A stretch of DNA of 64,000 nt from a bacterium (GTDB lineage Bacteria > UBA8248 > JACPRG01 > G963555815). The notes under the pieces were generated by a model, which searched no databases, was not told the DNA's origin, and saw nothing but the letters and a program-made list of their open reading frames with translations. Positions 10,376 through 20,749 of this stretch are shown piece by piece (positions within the stretch are counted from its first letter, which is position 1; every line of letters starts with the position of its first letter). Both the position numbers and the translations under genes were made by a program. The stretch lies in the NCBI GenBank assembly GCA_965261595.1, contig CBDHDG010000004.1, positions 768,001 to 832,000 on the forward strand, given 5' to 3'.

Positions 10376-11560
10376 TCAGAGAACGCCGCTCTCTCTCAAT
10401 TCGCGGATCTCATCCCCCTGGATGCCCAGGAGGCCGCCAAGAATCGCGTCGGTGTGCTCTCCCAGCGCGGGCGCGCCGCGCTCGATCTCCGGCGGCGTCC
10501 GATCCAGCCGGACGGGGGAGTTGACGAACGGAAAAGGACCGATCCCCTCCTGTTCCCGCTCCACGATCATGTTCCTGTGGCGGACCTGGGGGTCGGCGAC
10601 CACCTGGTCGATGGTGTGCACCGGGCCGCAGGGGATGCCGATGCCGGTCAGGCAATCCAGCCAATCCGCCGTGGTACGGGTCCCAAACAGCGCGGTGAGG
10701 GGCTCCTCCATGACCGGCTGATTCCGGTAACGGCCCTCCCGCGTCTGGAGCCGGGGATCCCGGGCGAGCTCATCCAGCTTCAGCTCCCGGCAGAAACGCT
10801 CCCACTCCTCGTTCTGGACAATCGCCACCACGACGTGGCCGTCCCGGGTGGGATAGGCCTCAAAAGGCGCGGAGAGGGGATGCCGGGAGCCGATGGGCCC
10901 GGGGATCTCGTCCGTGGCGAAATACCGGGCGATGGCGTTTTCGCATAAGGCGACCTGGGTGTCCAGCATGCTCATGTCCAGACACTGCCCGACGCCGCTG
11001 CGCTCCCGCTCGAACAGGGCGGCCAACATCCCGACCGCCGTCCAGACGGCCGCCCCCAGGTCGCCGATGGAGTAGCCCGCACGGACGGGCGGTCCGCCGG
11101 GAGCGCCGGTGATGCTCATCAGTCCGCCCATGGCCTGGACAATCAAGTCGTAGGCCGGCCGCTCGGCGTAGGGCCCGGACTGACCGAACCCGGTGACGGA
11201 GGCGTAGATGAGCCGCGGGTTTCTTTCCCGGAGCGTCTCCGCCCCGAGGCCCAGGCGCTCCATCACGCCCGGCCGGAAGTTCTCGATCACGATGTCGCTC
11301 GCGTCGGCCAGCCGGAGGGCGATGTCCCGCCCCTCGGGCCGCTTCAGGTCCAGGGTGACGCTCTTCTTTCCCCGGTTGATGCTGATGAAATAGGCGCTCT
11401 GCTCCTTCACGAAGGGGCCGGAGCCGCGGGAGATGTCTCCGCTTCCCGGCCGCTCGACCTTGATGACTTCGGCCCCCAGGTCGGCCAGGATCATGGTGCT
11501 GTAGGGGCCGGCCAGGACCCGGCAAAAATCCAGGACGCGGATGCCTTCGAGGGTCTTCAA
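10376..11560 (-). CDS. CoA transferase family III (CaiB/BaiF)
   Basis: LEGIRVLDFCRVLAGP, NRGKKS, ENFRPG motifs; TTG start with AGGAG RBS. Confidence 0.93.
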   Translation of the reverse strand: MKTLEGIRVLDFCRVLAGPYSTMILADLGAEVIKVERPGSGDISRGSGPFVKEQSAYFISINRGKKSVTLDLKRPEGRDIALRLADASDIVIENFRPGVMERLGLGAETLRERNPRLIYASVTGFGQSGPYAERPAYDLIVQAMGGLMSITGAPGGPPVRAGYSIGDLGAAVWTAVGMLAALFERERSGVGQCLDMSMLDTQVALCENAIARYFATDEIPGPIGSRHPLSAPFEAYPTRDGHVVVAIVQNEEWERFCRELKLDELARDPRLQTREGRYRNQPVMEEPLTALFGTRTTADWLDCLTGIGIPCGPVHTIDQVVADPQVRHRNMIVEREQEGIGPFPFVNSPVRLDRTPPEIERGAPALGEHTDAILGGLLGIQGDEIRELRESGVL

Positions 11561-11807
11561 TACGGCTCCTCTGGTTGAGGGTCTCTCCGCCCCGGCCCGC
11601 CGGCGGAAGGCCGGGCTTCCCAACGGGAATTTCTTATTATGCATGGCCCGAGGGGGACGCGCCACCGCCGAGGGATGGCTGCTTATTGACGGCGGCAAAC
11701 CCCGTTTTGTTCTACAATGGCGGGAGCCGGGAACTCGGCCAATCCCTCGAAACCTTCCGGGAATGAGAGGGGGGGGGGCGGCCGGACGAGGAAAAGGAAC
11801 CGGATGA

Positions 11808-12236
11808 TTGACCCCCGCTGAAAAAAGGGCGCCGGCACCGGACACCGCTTTAACCCCGGTGAAATGGCTGATTTGGGCGGCCGGGGAGATCGTGCGGAAC
11901 AAGTCCGGGGCGAGGGCAGCGCTTCAGGCGGGGTTGCGCCGAGGGGCCGCTTTGCTCCTTTGCCTGGGCGCGTGGACCGTCGCGGCGTTCCTGGTCTATG
12001 ATTCGGTCGACCGGTGGCTGGGAAGCGTGGAGGCGGGGCGGGCCATAACGGGCGTCCTGGCCTTTCCCTTCTCTCTTCTGGCCGCGGCGGGGGCGCTGAC
12101 ACTCACGGTGCGGGTGGTCCGGCGGTGGAAATTGATGGGGGAAGTCATCGCCGCCGACCCGGACGCCGTTGACACGGACCGGGCCGATTCCTATCTTAAT
12201 CATCCCCCCAAGGACCCGGATTCGGAGGGGCGTTAG
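11808..12236 (+). CDS. Hypothetical two-TM membrane protein
   Basis: Two hydrophobic segments; stop codon falls inside the tRNA 5' end; start uncertain. Confidence 0.45.
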   Translation: MTPAEKRAPAPDTALTPVKWLIWAAGEIVRNKSGARAALQAGLRRGAALLLCLGAWTVAAFLVYDSVDRWLGSVEAGRAITGVLAFPFSLLAAAGALTLTVRVVRRWKLMGEVIAADPDAVDTDRADSYLNHPPKDPDSEGR

Positions 12237-12301
12237 CTCAGCGGCAGAGCGCTGTCCTCACACGGCAGATGTCAGTGGTTCAAATCCACTACGCCCCACC
12301 A
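12227..12301 (+). tRNA. tRNA-Val (anticodon CAC)
   Basis: Acceptor stem GGGGCGT/ACGCCCC, anticodon arm CTGTC-CTCACAC-GGCAG, GGTTCAAATCC T arm, encoded CCA. Confidence 0.97.
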
Positions 12302-12353
12302 ATTTTTCCCCGCGACCTCGACAGTCCGTCTTCATGGACCGGCCTGCCGGATC

Positions 12354-13235
12354 TCAGGTTTCCTTCTTTCCCTTCTTCAGAAAATAAAAGTAATCCCTGG
12401 CGACGGGGTTGGGCTTTGTGATCTCCCCATAAAGCTCCGGCCGGCGGTCTTTGAACACGCCGGGAATCGTCCGGTAGGGTTTGGGCAGGCTCAGGCTCTC
12501 CTCCGTTTCCCGGAGCCACTTCAAACGGTCCAGGTCCAACGTGGCGTAGATGATGCCCGGCCGGGCGCTCTCGGCGAGGATTCCCTCCGGGGCGGCGATG
12601 ACGGCCAGTCCGTCCTCCATGCCGAACAGGTTCTGGGTCACCACGACGTGGCAGAGGTTCTCGCTGGCGCGGGCCCAGACGATGTTCCGCCAGGCCTCCC
12701 GAATCTCGTACAGCACGCCCCCGATGGGCGCGACGATGATGTCCGCTCCCTTCAGGGCGAGGACGCGGCTCATCTCGGGCCACCAAAGCTCTCCGCAGAT
12801 GATCGTCCCGATGTTGCCGATGGGCGTCTCGAAGACGGGAAGCTCGTTGCCCGGCGCGATGAGCTTCCCCGGCAGCAGGCCCTCGGTCACGTCCGCCGTG
12901 TTGGGCTGAGAGCGGTGATACGTCCCGATGAGGCCGCCGTCCGGACCGATGAGCTTCAGGGCCAGGCGGTAAACACCTTCCCCCACGTCGGGAGCGGCCT
13001 CCACCCAGCTTGCGATGACGTACACCCCGAACCGCTTGGCCTGCTCTGAGAGGGGATCGAGGGGGGAGTAATCGGCCGGCCCGTTGTAAGGCCCGGTATA
13101 GCCCTCGGGGAAAAGGATCAACCGGGCGCCCCGGCCCGCCGCCTCCTCGATGGCCTCGAGGGCGCGCGGAACGTTCCCGGCCTCCGCCTCCCCGCGGAGC
13201 GTATTCGGCTGCACGGCCGCAACGACGACTTTCAT
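12354..13235 (-). CDS. Carbon-nitrogen hydrolase (nitrilase superfamily)
   Basis: ILFPEG, GTIICGELWWPE, ARASEN, DRRPELY motifs. Confidence 0.9.
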   Translation of the reverse strand: MKVVVAAVQPNTLRGEAEAGNVPRALEAIEEAAGRGARLILFPEGYTGPYNGPADYSPLDPLSEQAKRFGVYVIASWVEAAPDVGEGVYRLALKLIGPDGGLIGTYHRSQPNTADVTEGLLPGKLIAPGNELPVFETPIGNIGTIICGELWWPEMSRVLALKGADIIVAPIGGVLYEIREAWRNIVWARASENLCHVVVTQNLFGMEDGLAVIAAPEGILAESARPGIIYATLDLDRLKWLRETEESLSLPKPYRTIPGVFKDRRPELYGEITKPNPVARDYFYFLKKGKKET

Positions 13236-13249
13236 GGGCCTTTCCTCTT

Positions 13250-13312
13250 ACCCGCAGGGCTGTTCACCCGGAGGGCTGTTCACCCGGAGGGTATCTACCC
13301 GGGGGGCTATTT
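13250..13312. repeat. Four degenerate 15-16 bp tandem units (ACCCGGAGGGCTGTTC)
   Basis: Units start at 13250, 13266, 13282 and 13297. Confidence 0.75.
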
Positions 13313-14309
13313 AAGCGCCTTCTTCGAGAGATAGGGAACCTTCAGCTTACCGCTCTGGATGTCTTTCTCGATGGCGCGGACCCGCTTGGCCACGTCGGCC
13401 GGAACCCGCTTGTTGAAAGGCGACAGCCAGACTCCGCCATCGGTCGCGCTGACCAGGTAATGCTTCTTGAGCTTCTTGCCAGCTTTCATATCCAGGACGA
13501 TCTTTTTCAAGGCGGCATGCCAATTCCATATCGAGCTTGTGATGAACGTGTCCGGCACCAACGGTCTCATATCCACATAGATTCCGATGGCCATGATTCC
13601 CTTTTCTTCCGCGGCCTTGTAGGCCCCGAAGCCCAAGGGCTGTGCGGTCACGTCGATCACGTCCACCTTCTGGTCGACCATGGCGATGGCGGCTTCCTTG
13701 GCCTTGGGGGCGTCGAACCAGTCGTTGATGAAGATGCTCGAGATTCCGATCTTGGGGTTGATGGACCGCGCCCCCAGGTAGAATCCGTTATGGTCGGCGA
13801 TCTGTTGGGGGATGAGATATCCGCTGATGACGCCGATCTTTTGGGTCTTGGTCATCAAGGCAGCCAATATGCCGGCCAAGTAACCTGTCTCGTGCGCCTG
13901 AACCAGATAGTTCACCAGGTTCGGGATGTCCTTATTGTTGAAGAATCCCGCGACCGCGAAGGTCGTATTCGGGAAATTCTGGGCGACCTTCCGGGCGGGC
14001 GCCCCCCACGAGTACCCCTGTCCGAGGATGAGGTTGTACCCATCGACCGCCCAGCGGCGAAGCGTTCTCTCCATGTCCGCCACCTTCACGCGCTCCTAGA
14101 ACGTGACCTCGGCCACTCCGGGGTCCTTTTTGAGCTTCAAAGCTCCCTGGTATCCAGATTCGTACCAGCCTTTGTCGTTATTGGCGCCGTCGAGCCCGAT
14201 GGCGACGCGAATCTTCTTCGCCGCCGTCGCGGTTCCTCCAAATCCCGCCGCGAGCCACAAGGACACAAAAAGGCTCAGGAGAATCGCACGCCACAGTTTC
14301 CATTCTCAT
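13307..14309 (-). pseudogene. BMP family ABC substrate-binding protein, in-frame TAG at 14096-14098 and ATG out of frame
   Basis: Collinear with the intact paralog at 54706-55707 (KKIRVAIG..ND.GWYE.GY.GAL.LKKDPGV); TAG aligns with Gln. Confidence 0.85.
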
Positions 14310-14874
14310 CACTCACCCTCCTCCTGGTAGGATACCGATCCGCCCCGGGCGCCCCGGGAAATGGACAATCCATCGCCGGTATCAGCGATTTTCCGGATCA
14401 CCCCGCTCAACAATGCCCTGAATACATTTATCTGTATGGGAGCACACTTTGACGACAGGCTCAAGGTGTTTTTCGGAAGTCTTCCACCAAGAAAGGGGGC
14501 CAGGTCTTACATTCCAAGAATCCGCATCCGAATGGCGGCCCGGCCACACTGTGCTCCACGCAATGGAGCCCAAAGAACGCCCCGATGTCATGCAGGGTGT
14601 TGATATCGGAAGTGGACGATGAAGGCATTCAGCCCGATCGAGGCAATCCCTGCGATAGGGTCAGGCCGGCATCGAGTCGGAACAGCGCCGGGTGAATCTG
14701 AATCGGGCCTTCCGAGTTGACAATATTTTTGAAACCCGCGAGTATCTGGACAGAGAGCCGGGCAAAGGGAAAACTTTTGATCCCGGTCGATTGAGGGCAG
14801 TGCTCCACAACTGGAAATCCAGGGATGCCTTTGCCTCCATAATTTACCCAGGTGATTCTCAAGGGAGTCTGAAG

Positions 14875-15585
14875 ATGGCGGAGTATGGAAACCTAGAGAG
14901 GAAACTCTCTGAAACCTTGACCCTTCAACGGCGCCCCGTGGGCGTGACGTTCGCCGACACCCCGCCTCCGGGAGTGGCCAAATTCGAAGGGACGGAGGCG
15001 TCCGGCTGTAGCTATTGGCGGATTGCCGCAATGGGTCGCACGTTTTATACGGTTCAGGCTGACCATTACAACTGCGCGATTGGCAGCTATACGCATAACA
15101 TCCCTCTCCCGTCTGACCGGGCAAAGGAACTGGACGACACCCTGGCGTTTATGACCGATCTCAAATACCTCAGGATGGAAGAGGTCCCCGGCATAGCGCG
15201 CCTGCCCCAAACGCCGGAGGTTGTGATATACGCCCCTCTGGGAGACACGCCTGTAGACCCCGATGTGGTTCTCTTAGCCGGCCGCCCGGGCCGTTTGATG
15301 CTTCTACAAGAGGCCGCCATACGGGCAAAGGTGGAAACGCAAACACCGCTCCTGAGCCGCCCGACCTGTATGGCTTTTCCTCTCGCTCTCACCGGGGGAT
15401 TCGTTGCAAGCACGGGCTGTGTCGGGAACCGCGTTTATACCGACCTGGGGGAGGACGAGATCTATGTGGCTCTGCCGGGCCGTGACTTGCCCAAGGTGGT
15501 GGCCGAGCTCCAGACTATCGGGGAGGCCAACGCCAAACTTTCCGAATACCACCAAGCGCGACGAAAAGAGCTGACGACCGAATAG
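14875..15585 (+). CDS. DUF169 family protein
   Basis: L.LQRRPVGV, Cys pattern (GCSYW, NCAIG, PTC, GCVGNR), PDVVLL; ATG with GGGAG RBS. Confidence 0.8.
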   Translation: MAEYGNLERKLSETLTLQRRPVGVTFADTPPPGVAKFEGTEASGCSYWRIAAMGRTFYTVQADHYNCAIGSYTHNIPLPSDRAKELDDTLAFMTDLKYLRMEEVPGIARLPQTPEVVIYAPLGDTPVDPDVVLLAGRPGRLMLLQEAAIRAKVETQTPLLSRPTCMAFPLALTGGFVASTGCVGNRVYTDLGEDEIYVALPGRDLPKVVAELQTIGEANAKLSEYHQARRKELTTE

Positions 15586-15775
15586 GCCTTTGTCCGCCCC
15601 TCCGTTCTCTCAAAACGGTGGGGCGGGCGTCTCGGCCAGCTTGGACAGCATGCCACGGGAGGTTGGTCCGCCGGCGACTTCCTTTCCCCGGCAGCGTGTC
15701 AAAAAACCGCGGCGCACATGCCGCCGAGGCGCGAAAGAACACCTCTTTCACGTCCTTCACCCGGCTTAAACACCG

Positions 15776-16896
15776 CTAATCTTCGATCTCGCTCAGCAGC
15801 ATCATCTTTAACGCTGCGTTCTCTTTCGCCGTGTCCACGTTCAGCCGGAACTTCAGGAACCGGACACTCTTCATTCGGGACGCTTTCGATCCCCCGCGCT
15901 TCCCATACATCCTCCGGAAGAGCCTGCCGGGAAGCGGCCTTCCCGCTTTCAGCTTTGCCGCCGCGATCAACCGCATCCTGAATCGGGCCTGTTGTTCCGG
16001 GGTTTACCCCTCCATGACCTGTTGAGCCTGCCGGGAAAGCCGGCGATAGGCGGCGCTGAAGCCTTTATCGCCCAGGGTGCCGCGATTGCCGGTCTCCAGC
16101 CCCTCGTTGATCCGCTTGTACTGCCCTCTCGTCATATGAAACTTGAACGGACACCCCTTGAAATAGCTCATGACGTTCCGCCGATCGGGCGCCAGGGTGT
16201 AGGTCTTCGTCCGATTCCCAACCTTCACGGGAATGGAGATCTTTCCCTTGGCCGGATCGCAGTGGTCGCCATAAACGGTTTTGAAAATTCCAGTCCCCGC
16301 GTCGGGCGGCGTGTCATGGACGCTGAAATGCGCCCTGGAGTCGCCGTCGAAGCCCTTCAACCCGATCCCATTTTTTGCGATGATCTTCGCCGCCGCCGAG
16401 ATCGTCGCGGGACCCCCCCTAAAGGGATGGGCGGTGTGGAGATAGTGGCCCATCTCATGGGCGAGGAGTGTGCTCCCTCCGAATTTTTTCGGCATCGTCA
16501 CGTAATATCCAAGCGCGGACGAGAAACCCCCTGAGCGAGACTTCAGCTCCCAGTGTTTTTCCTTCTTGTTCCACTTGGCGTATGTGTTTCCACCACGACT
16601 ATAGACAACAAGCTTGTCCGGGTATTTGAGCGCCCACGCGGTTCGCGCGGCGGCCCTGGGCCTCGAGTCGCAAAGAACCCAGGAATCTTCCTTGTCCGCC
16701 TTGCCGTTACCGTTCAGGTCGCGTTTTTTGTTCTTCACGATGGTCCCGGCGGTCTGGCCGGACGCGAGCTTACAGTCTTGGTTCATCGTGGTGTTTTTGA
16801 TCAGGCCATTGAAATTGAATCCGGGATCGACGTGAATCTGGACGTTGCCGCCGTTGCGCGCGTATATCCCGTTGGCCTTCTTGATCGCCGCCTCCG
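15776..16896 (-). pseudogene. Zinc metalloprotease (M43/metzincin-like), 5'-truncated, in-frame TAA at 16004-16006
   Basis: LAHEMGHYLHTAHPF zinc motif, DTPPD, NVMSY Met-turn; frame continues after TAA (EG*TPEQQ). Confidence 0.7.
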
Positions 16897-17099
16897 CCAC
16901 GAAGAACATGATCGCCGAAGCCGCATCCGCCGGCCAATACGAAACCGAGTTCGGCAAGTATCCCCGCGTTCAAATCCTCACCATCGTTGACCTCTTCAAC
17001 GGCAAAAAACCCGCCATCCCCTTCATCGACCCCGTGATGTTTAAAAAAGCCCCAAAGGTGGATACAACGAAACAGGAAGGTCTGTTCCAAAAAGATTAA
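16897..17099 (+). pseudogene. C-terminal fragment of a DNA methyltransferase/restriction endonuclease fusion
   Basis: TKNMIAEAASAGQYETEFGKYPRVQILTIVDLFNGKKP resembles the tail of N4/N6 MTase-Mrr-like fusions; no upstream part present. Confidence 0.65.
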
Positions 17100-17223
17100 A
17101 ATCCAATCGGCGTGGGCATTTTAAGAAATCATTGAATTTCGTTTAAATTTCGTCATATTGAACAAGAGCGTTATCTCGTGGAGCATTCCGCGCGTGGATT
17201 GCGTCACATGGGGGGGAAACTGC

Positions 17224-17261
17224 GAGATTCCTCCTCGGGGGGTCCCCTCGATCGGAATGAC
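17224..17261. repeat. Short GAGATTCCTC...TCGGAATGAC type intergenic repeat
   Basis: Ends resemble a recurring intergenic repeat family as recalled; single copy in window. Confidence 0.4.
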
Positions 17262-17592
17262 GGTGTGCTGGAGTCGTGTAATGCCAGGGAAACACGTGGA
17301 TTCCACCGTCATCGACTGTGAAAGCCGGGTGAGCGCAACGGACCCGCCCGTTGGTGGGACGGACCCGCCCGTCGGCGGGATCGTGATAGGTCCGCCCTTC
17401 ATTCTTCGCCCGAGAGGGGACTGCGGCATAAAAAAGTACGATCCAAACCCAAAGACAGAACAACAAATAAATCAATGAGTTATTAAAACAATGGGGAGAG
17501 AGAATAGGATAATCGACCTAGCCTGGATTTCTCACCAACGATTCCGTTACAGGCCCGTCAATGATCGGCATTGGATTGTTGACCAACGCATC

Positions 17593-17690
17593 GGGGCGGG
17601 TACGGGAGTCCACTGACTCTCGCCCCACCCCTACAATTCAGAGCCCCTACCATCAAATCCGGTGTAAGAGCGGGGCTCCGTACCCGCCCC
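17593..17690. repeat. Inverted pair of REP-like palindromes
   Basis: GGGGCGGGTACGG ... CCGTACCCGCCCC inverted arms with CCCCTAC ends. Confidence 0.55.
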
Positions 17691-17898
17691 CCTCAAAGAC
17701 AGGGTGTTCCACCCACCTCGGTTTCCATCTCTGGGGCAAACGGGGGAACGGCCGGGGGACTGTCCGCCTTTGAAGACGGGCGAGCCCCATCCAAAATTCC
17801 TTTGATCCTTTCGGTTTTTGGTTGACCCGCGCCCGGTTCGAGATGCATCTATAGTCATTCGCCAGATTTAGCCGGACGCCATTAAAGGAGCGGACGCC

Positions 17899-19029
17899 TT
17901 GACCAACCCCGAGAGCCTTCTGAAAGCGTTCATCCCCTACCCCAACGCCGAGCCCGACGACGTTCGCCGGTTCATCGCCGAGGGGGTCCGGCCCCGCGTC
18001 AAGTCCCAGGACGCTTACCTGGACGAGGACGGGAACCTCATCGCCCGCCTCGGACCGGAGCCGACTTCGGGGACTTCACCCTACTACATCTGCGCGTACG
18101 CCCAGGATTTCGGCCCCGGAAACCAGGAAGACCCCTATGAGCCCAAGGTCGTGGACGGCTCCCCCCATGGCCAGCAGGGCGACTCCCTCTGGGGGCGGGG
18201 GAACTGCGAGCATCGCGGGGCGCTGGCCTCGGCCCTGGCCGCCTTCAACACCCTCATCGGATCGGACACGCTTTTTAAGCGGCCCCTGTACTTCCTTGTC
18301 CTCGCGACCGGAGAGTCCGGCCACCACCGGGTCATCAACACGGCGCTCAAGAAAAACTCCCTCCCGATGGGGGACGCGGTCATCGCCCGGGGAACCGGGA
18401 ACCGCATCTGCCTCGGCAACAAGGGGAGCCTCCACGCGCGAATCGAGGTCTACGGCAAGTCCTATCACCCCAGCAACCCCGCCAAGGCCCTGAACGCCAT
18501 CGACGGGGCCGAGGAGGCCCTGCGCCGGCTTCGCGAATACACCTCCGCCCACCCCGTCCAAGACGATGAGCTGGGCGATTCCGTCCTCGTCCCCATCGGC
18601 CTCGAATCCTTCCCGAAGGGGCCGATCATCCCGGACCGCTGCGAGATCGAGCTTTCGGGACGGCTCGTCCCCGGACAGGACCCCGAACGCCTGATCGCGG
18701 GGCTGCGAGAGGCCCTTCATCTCCCCGACGGGTTCAATGCGGAAATCGTCCTGGAGCGCTTTCACTACGCCGCGAAAGTCCCCCCGGACGACCTTCTGGC
18801 CTTTGTCGCCGAGGAGGCCGTCCGCGAGGCCGAGACCGACCCGTCCCCGATCTACATGCACTCCTCCCTGGACGCCGGATGGTTCTGCCACCGGGGACGC
18901 GCGGCCATCTCCCTGGGACCCGGCGCGCCAGAGCTCGCCCATTCGGCCCATGACATGGTGTCCATCCAGGAGATCAAGGACGGCTCGCGGATCTACTTTT
19001 CCCTCTACCGAAAGCTGGCCACCGCGTGA
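17899..19029 (+). CDS. M20/ArgE-like peptidase-fold protein with atypical metal ligands
   Basis: GNLIARLG, LWGRG, GNKG..GKSYH.S.P...NAI, SLGPG...AH pattern. Confidence 0.8.
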   Translation: MTNPESLLKAFIPYPNAEPDDVRRFIAEGVRPRVKSQDAYLDEDGNLIARLGPEPTSGTSPYYICAYAQDFGPGNQEDPYEPKVVDGSPHGQQGDSLWGRGNCEHRGALASALAAFNTLIGSDTLFKRPLYFLVLATGESGHHRVINTALKKNSLPMGDAVIARGTGNRICLGNKGSLHARIEVYGKSYHPSNPAKALNAIDGAEEALRRLREYTSAHPVQDDELGDSVLVPIGLESFPKGPIIPDRCEIELSGRLVPGQDPERLIAGLREALHLPDGFNAEIVLERFHYAAKVPPDDLLAFVAEEAVREAETDPSPIYMHSSLDAGWFCHRGRAAISLGPGAPELAHSAHDMVSIQEIKDGSRIYFSLYRKLATA

Positions 19030-20075
19030 CCGCGAAGAACACGGACCGGTTCGACCACATCGGCGTTTGCCTGACGTGCAGACTCCCTTCGCCGGACATC
19101 ATCCGGTATGCCCGGCTGGCGGACGCGGCGGGGATCGGCAGCGTCTGGGTCAACGAGAGCCACTACTACCGCTCGGCCTTCTCGGCCTTGGCCGCCGTCG
19201 CGGCCGTGACCAAAAAAACGCTGCTGGGGACCGGCGTGGTCAGCGCCTTCGCGCGCCATCCGGCGTTCACGGCCATGGACGCCGCCACCATCGACGAGAT
19301 TTCGGGCGGGCGGTTTCTCCTGGGGATCGGCGCGACGCCGGTCTGGGGAGAAGACTCGGCGCTGCGAAACGGCGAGCGGCCCCTGGCCGCCGTCCGGGAG
19401 ACGACGGAGATCGTCCGCGGCCTCCTCGCCCGGAACCTCTCGGACTACCACGGGAAGTTCTTCACGATGCTGGAGTCCGACCACCACAGTGAATGGGGCG
19501 CCTCCCTCAACTTCAAGCCGGTGCGCGAGAAGATCCCCATCTTCTATGGCGTGAAGGGGGAAAAGCTCCTGAAGCTGGCCGGCGCGGCGGCCGACGGGGT
19601 CCTCCTGACGAACCCCGCGACGCCCGCGTACATCCGCGAGGCGCGGACCGTCATCGAGGCGGGCGCGCGCGAGGCGGGCCGGGATCTCTCGGACTTCACC
19701 ACTGCGGCCTTCGTCACGTTCTCCGTCGGGGACGACCGGGAGGAGGCCCGAGACGCCGTACGGGGGATGCTGGCGACGTACGTCGAGCACGTCGGGGTCG
19801 AGCATTCGGAGATCCTCGGCCTGAGCCGAAAGGAGGTCGCGGCCTACCAGGACGCGTTCGAATCGGGAGGCATCGAGGCCGCGGTGAAACTGGTGAAGGA
19901 CGACCTGATCGACCGGCTGACCGTCGCGGGAACGGCGGAGGACTGCATCGAGCGGCTCTCGGCCTACATCGAAGCGGGCCTGGACATCCCCGTCTGCTTT
20001 CACGTCCTGGGACCGGACCGGGAACGGGCGATCCGGATCATCGGAGAGAAGGTCGTCCCGGCGCTCTGCGGATAA
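19026..20075 (+). CDS. LLM class flavin/F420-dependent oxidoreductase
   Basis: VWVNESH, LGTGVV, DEISGGRFLLGIG, ADGVL, AGT.EDC motifs. Confidence 0.9.
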   Translation: MTAKNTDRFDHIGVCLTCRLPSPDIIRYARLADAAGIGSVWVNESHYYRSAFSALAAVAAVTKKTLLGTGVVSAFARHPAFTAMDAATIDEISGGRFLLGIGATPVWGEDSALRNGERPLAAVRETTEIVRGLLARNLSDYHGKFFTMLESDHHSEWGASLNFKPVREKIPIFYGVKGEKLLKLAGAAADGVLLTNPATPAYIREARTVIEAGAREAGRDLSDFTTAAFVTFSVGDDREEARDAVRGMLATYVEHVGVEHSEILGLSRKEVAAYQDAFESGGIEAAVKLVKDDLIDRLTVAGTAEDCIERLSAYIEAGLDIPVCFHVLGPDRERAIRIIGEKVVPALCG

Positions 20076-20079
20076 AGGC

Positions 20080-20131
20080 GGGCCCGGCCCGCTGCGATTT
20101 CGAGAAGCTGGGCCCGGCCCGCTGCGATTTC
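20080..20131. repeat. 22-bp direct repeat, two copies, 30-bp period
   Basis: GGGCCCGGCCCGCTGCGATTTC at 20080 and 20110. Confidence 0.8.
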
Positions 20132-20188
20132 AGGGACACCGGGAAAGCCGATTAGATCATCGGGGGGGCGCGAAATTGAAAGCGAGGA

Positions 20189-20509
20189 CTAACCCGAGGA
20201 ATTGTGATCCGCCCTTTTGGCGTTCATGTAGGTGCGCAGGACCGCGTTCATCCGAGTCTGATATCCCCTCCCTTGGGCCTTGAACCACTTCAGTACATCG
20301 CGATCTATGCGTAGGGAAATCGCTTCTTTCGCTTCAGGCAGGACAATGGCGGCGTCTTTCCAGAATTCTTCATCGGTGAGCGGCGCGTCCGGGTCGGATT
20401 TGGCCGCGGCCTCCACTTCTTCTTCAGTCATCGCGTCCACGCGATTCCAGTCCGTTTCCCCCTTCCGCCCGTCTTCCGAGGAGCGCCTCACGATACGCTT
20501 TCCGCTCAT
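20189..20509 (-). CDS. brnA: BrnA antitoxin
   Basis: ISLRIDRDVLKWFKAQGRGYQTRMNAVLR motif. Confidence 0.93.
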   Translation of the reverse strand: MSGKRIVRRSSEDGRKGETDWNRVDAMTEEEVEAAAKSDPDAPLTDEEFWKDAAIVLPEAKEAISLRIDRDVLKWFKAQGRGYQTRMNAVLRTYMNAKRADHNSSG

Positions 20510-20747
20510 CTCTCCTCGCCCTCCTTGCCGAAAAGATTCGGAATTTCTCCTCGCGAATCGTATAAATCACGCACAATTCGCGACCTTCAACCAACCCGAT
20601 TGCCACGTTCCGGGTTTCACCAAATCCCTGAGCGACACTTTCTTTCTCCAAGACCGGACCGTCGAAGATGCGTATGGCATCATCGAAATCGATTCCATGC
20701 TTTTCAATGTTCCGCCGGTTTTTTCGCTCGTCCCACGTAAATTCCAT
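20424..20747 (-). CDS. brnT: BrnT toxin
   Basis: MEFTWDERKN..NIEKHGIDF and RIFSARRA motifs. Confidence 0.93.
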   Translation of the reverse strand: MEFTWDERKNRRNIEKHGIDFDDAIRIFDGPVLEKESVAQGFGETRNVAIGLVEGRELCVIYTIREEKFRIFSARRARRDERKAYREALLGRRAEGGNGLESRGRDD

Positions 20748-20749
20748 TC

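Noticed and set aside
17121..17478. Three overlapping ~105-aa ORFs with a 21-bp tandem repeat
   Set aside because: No recognisable family or RBS, and they overlap an intergenic-type repeat.
20080..20131. CRISPR mini-array
   Set aside because: Only two 22-bp repeats with an 8-bp spacer and no cas genes.
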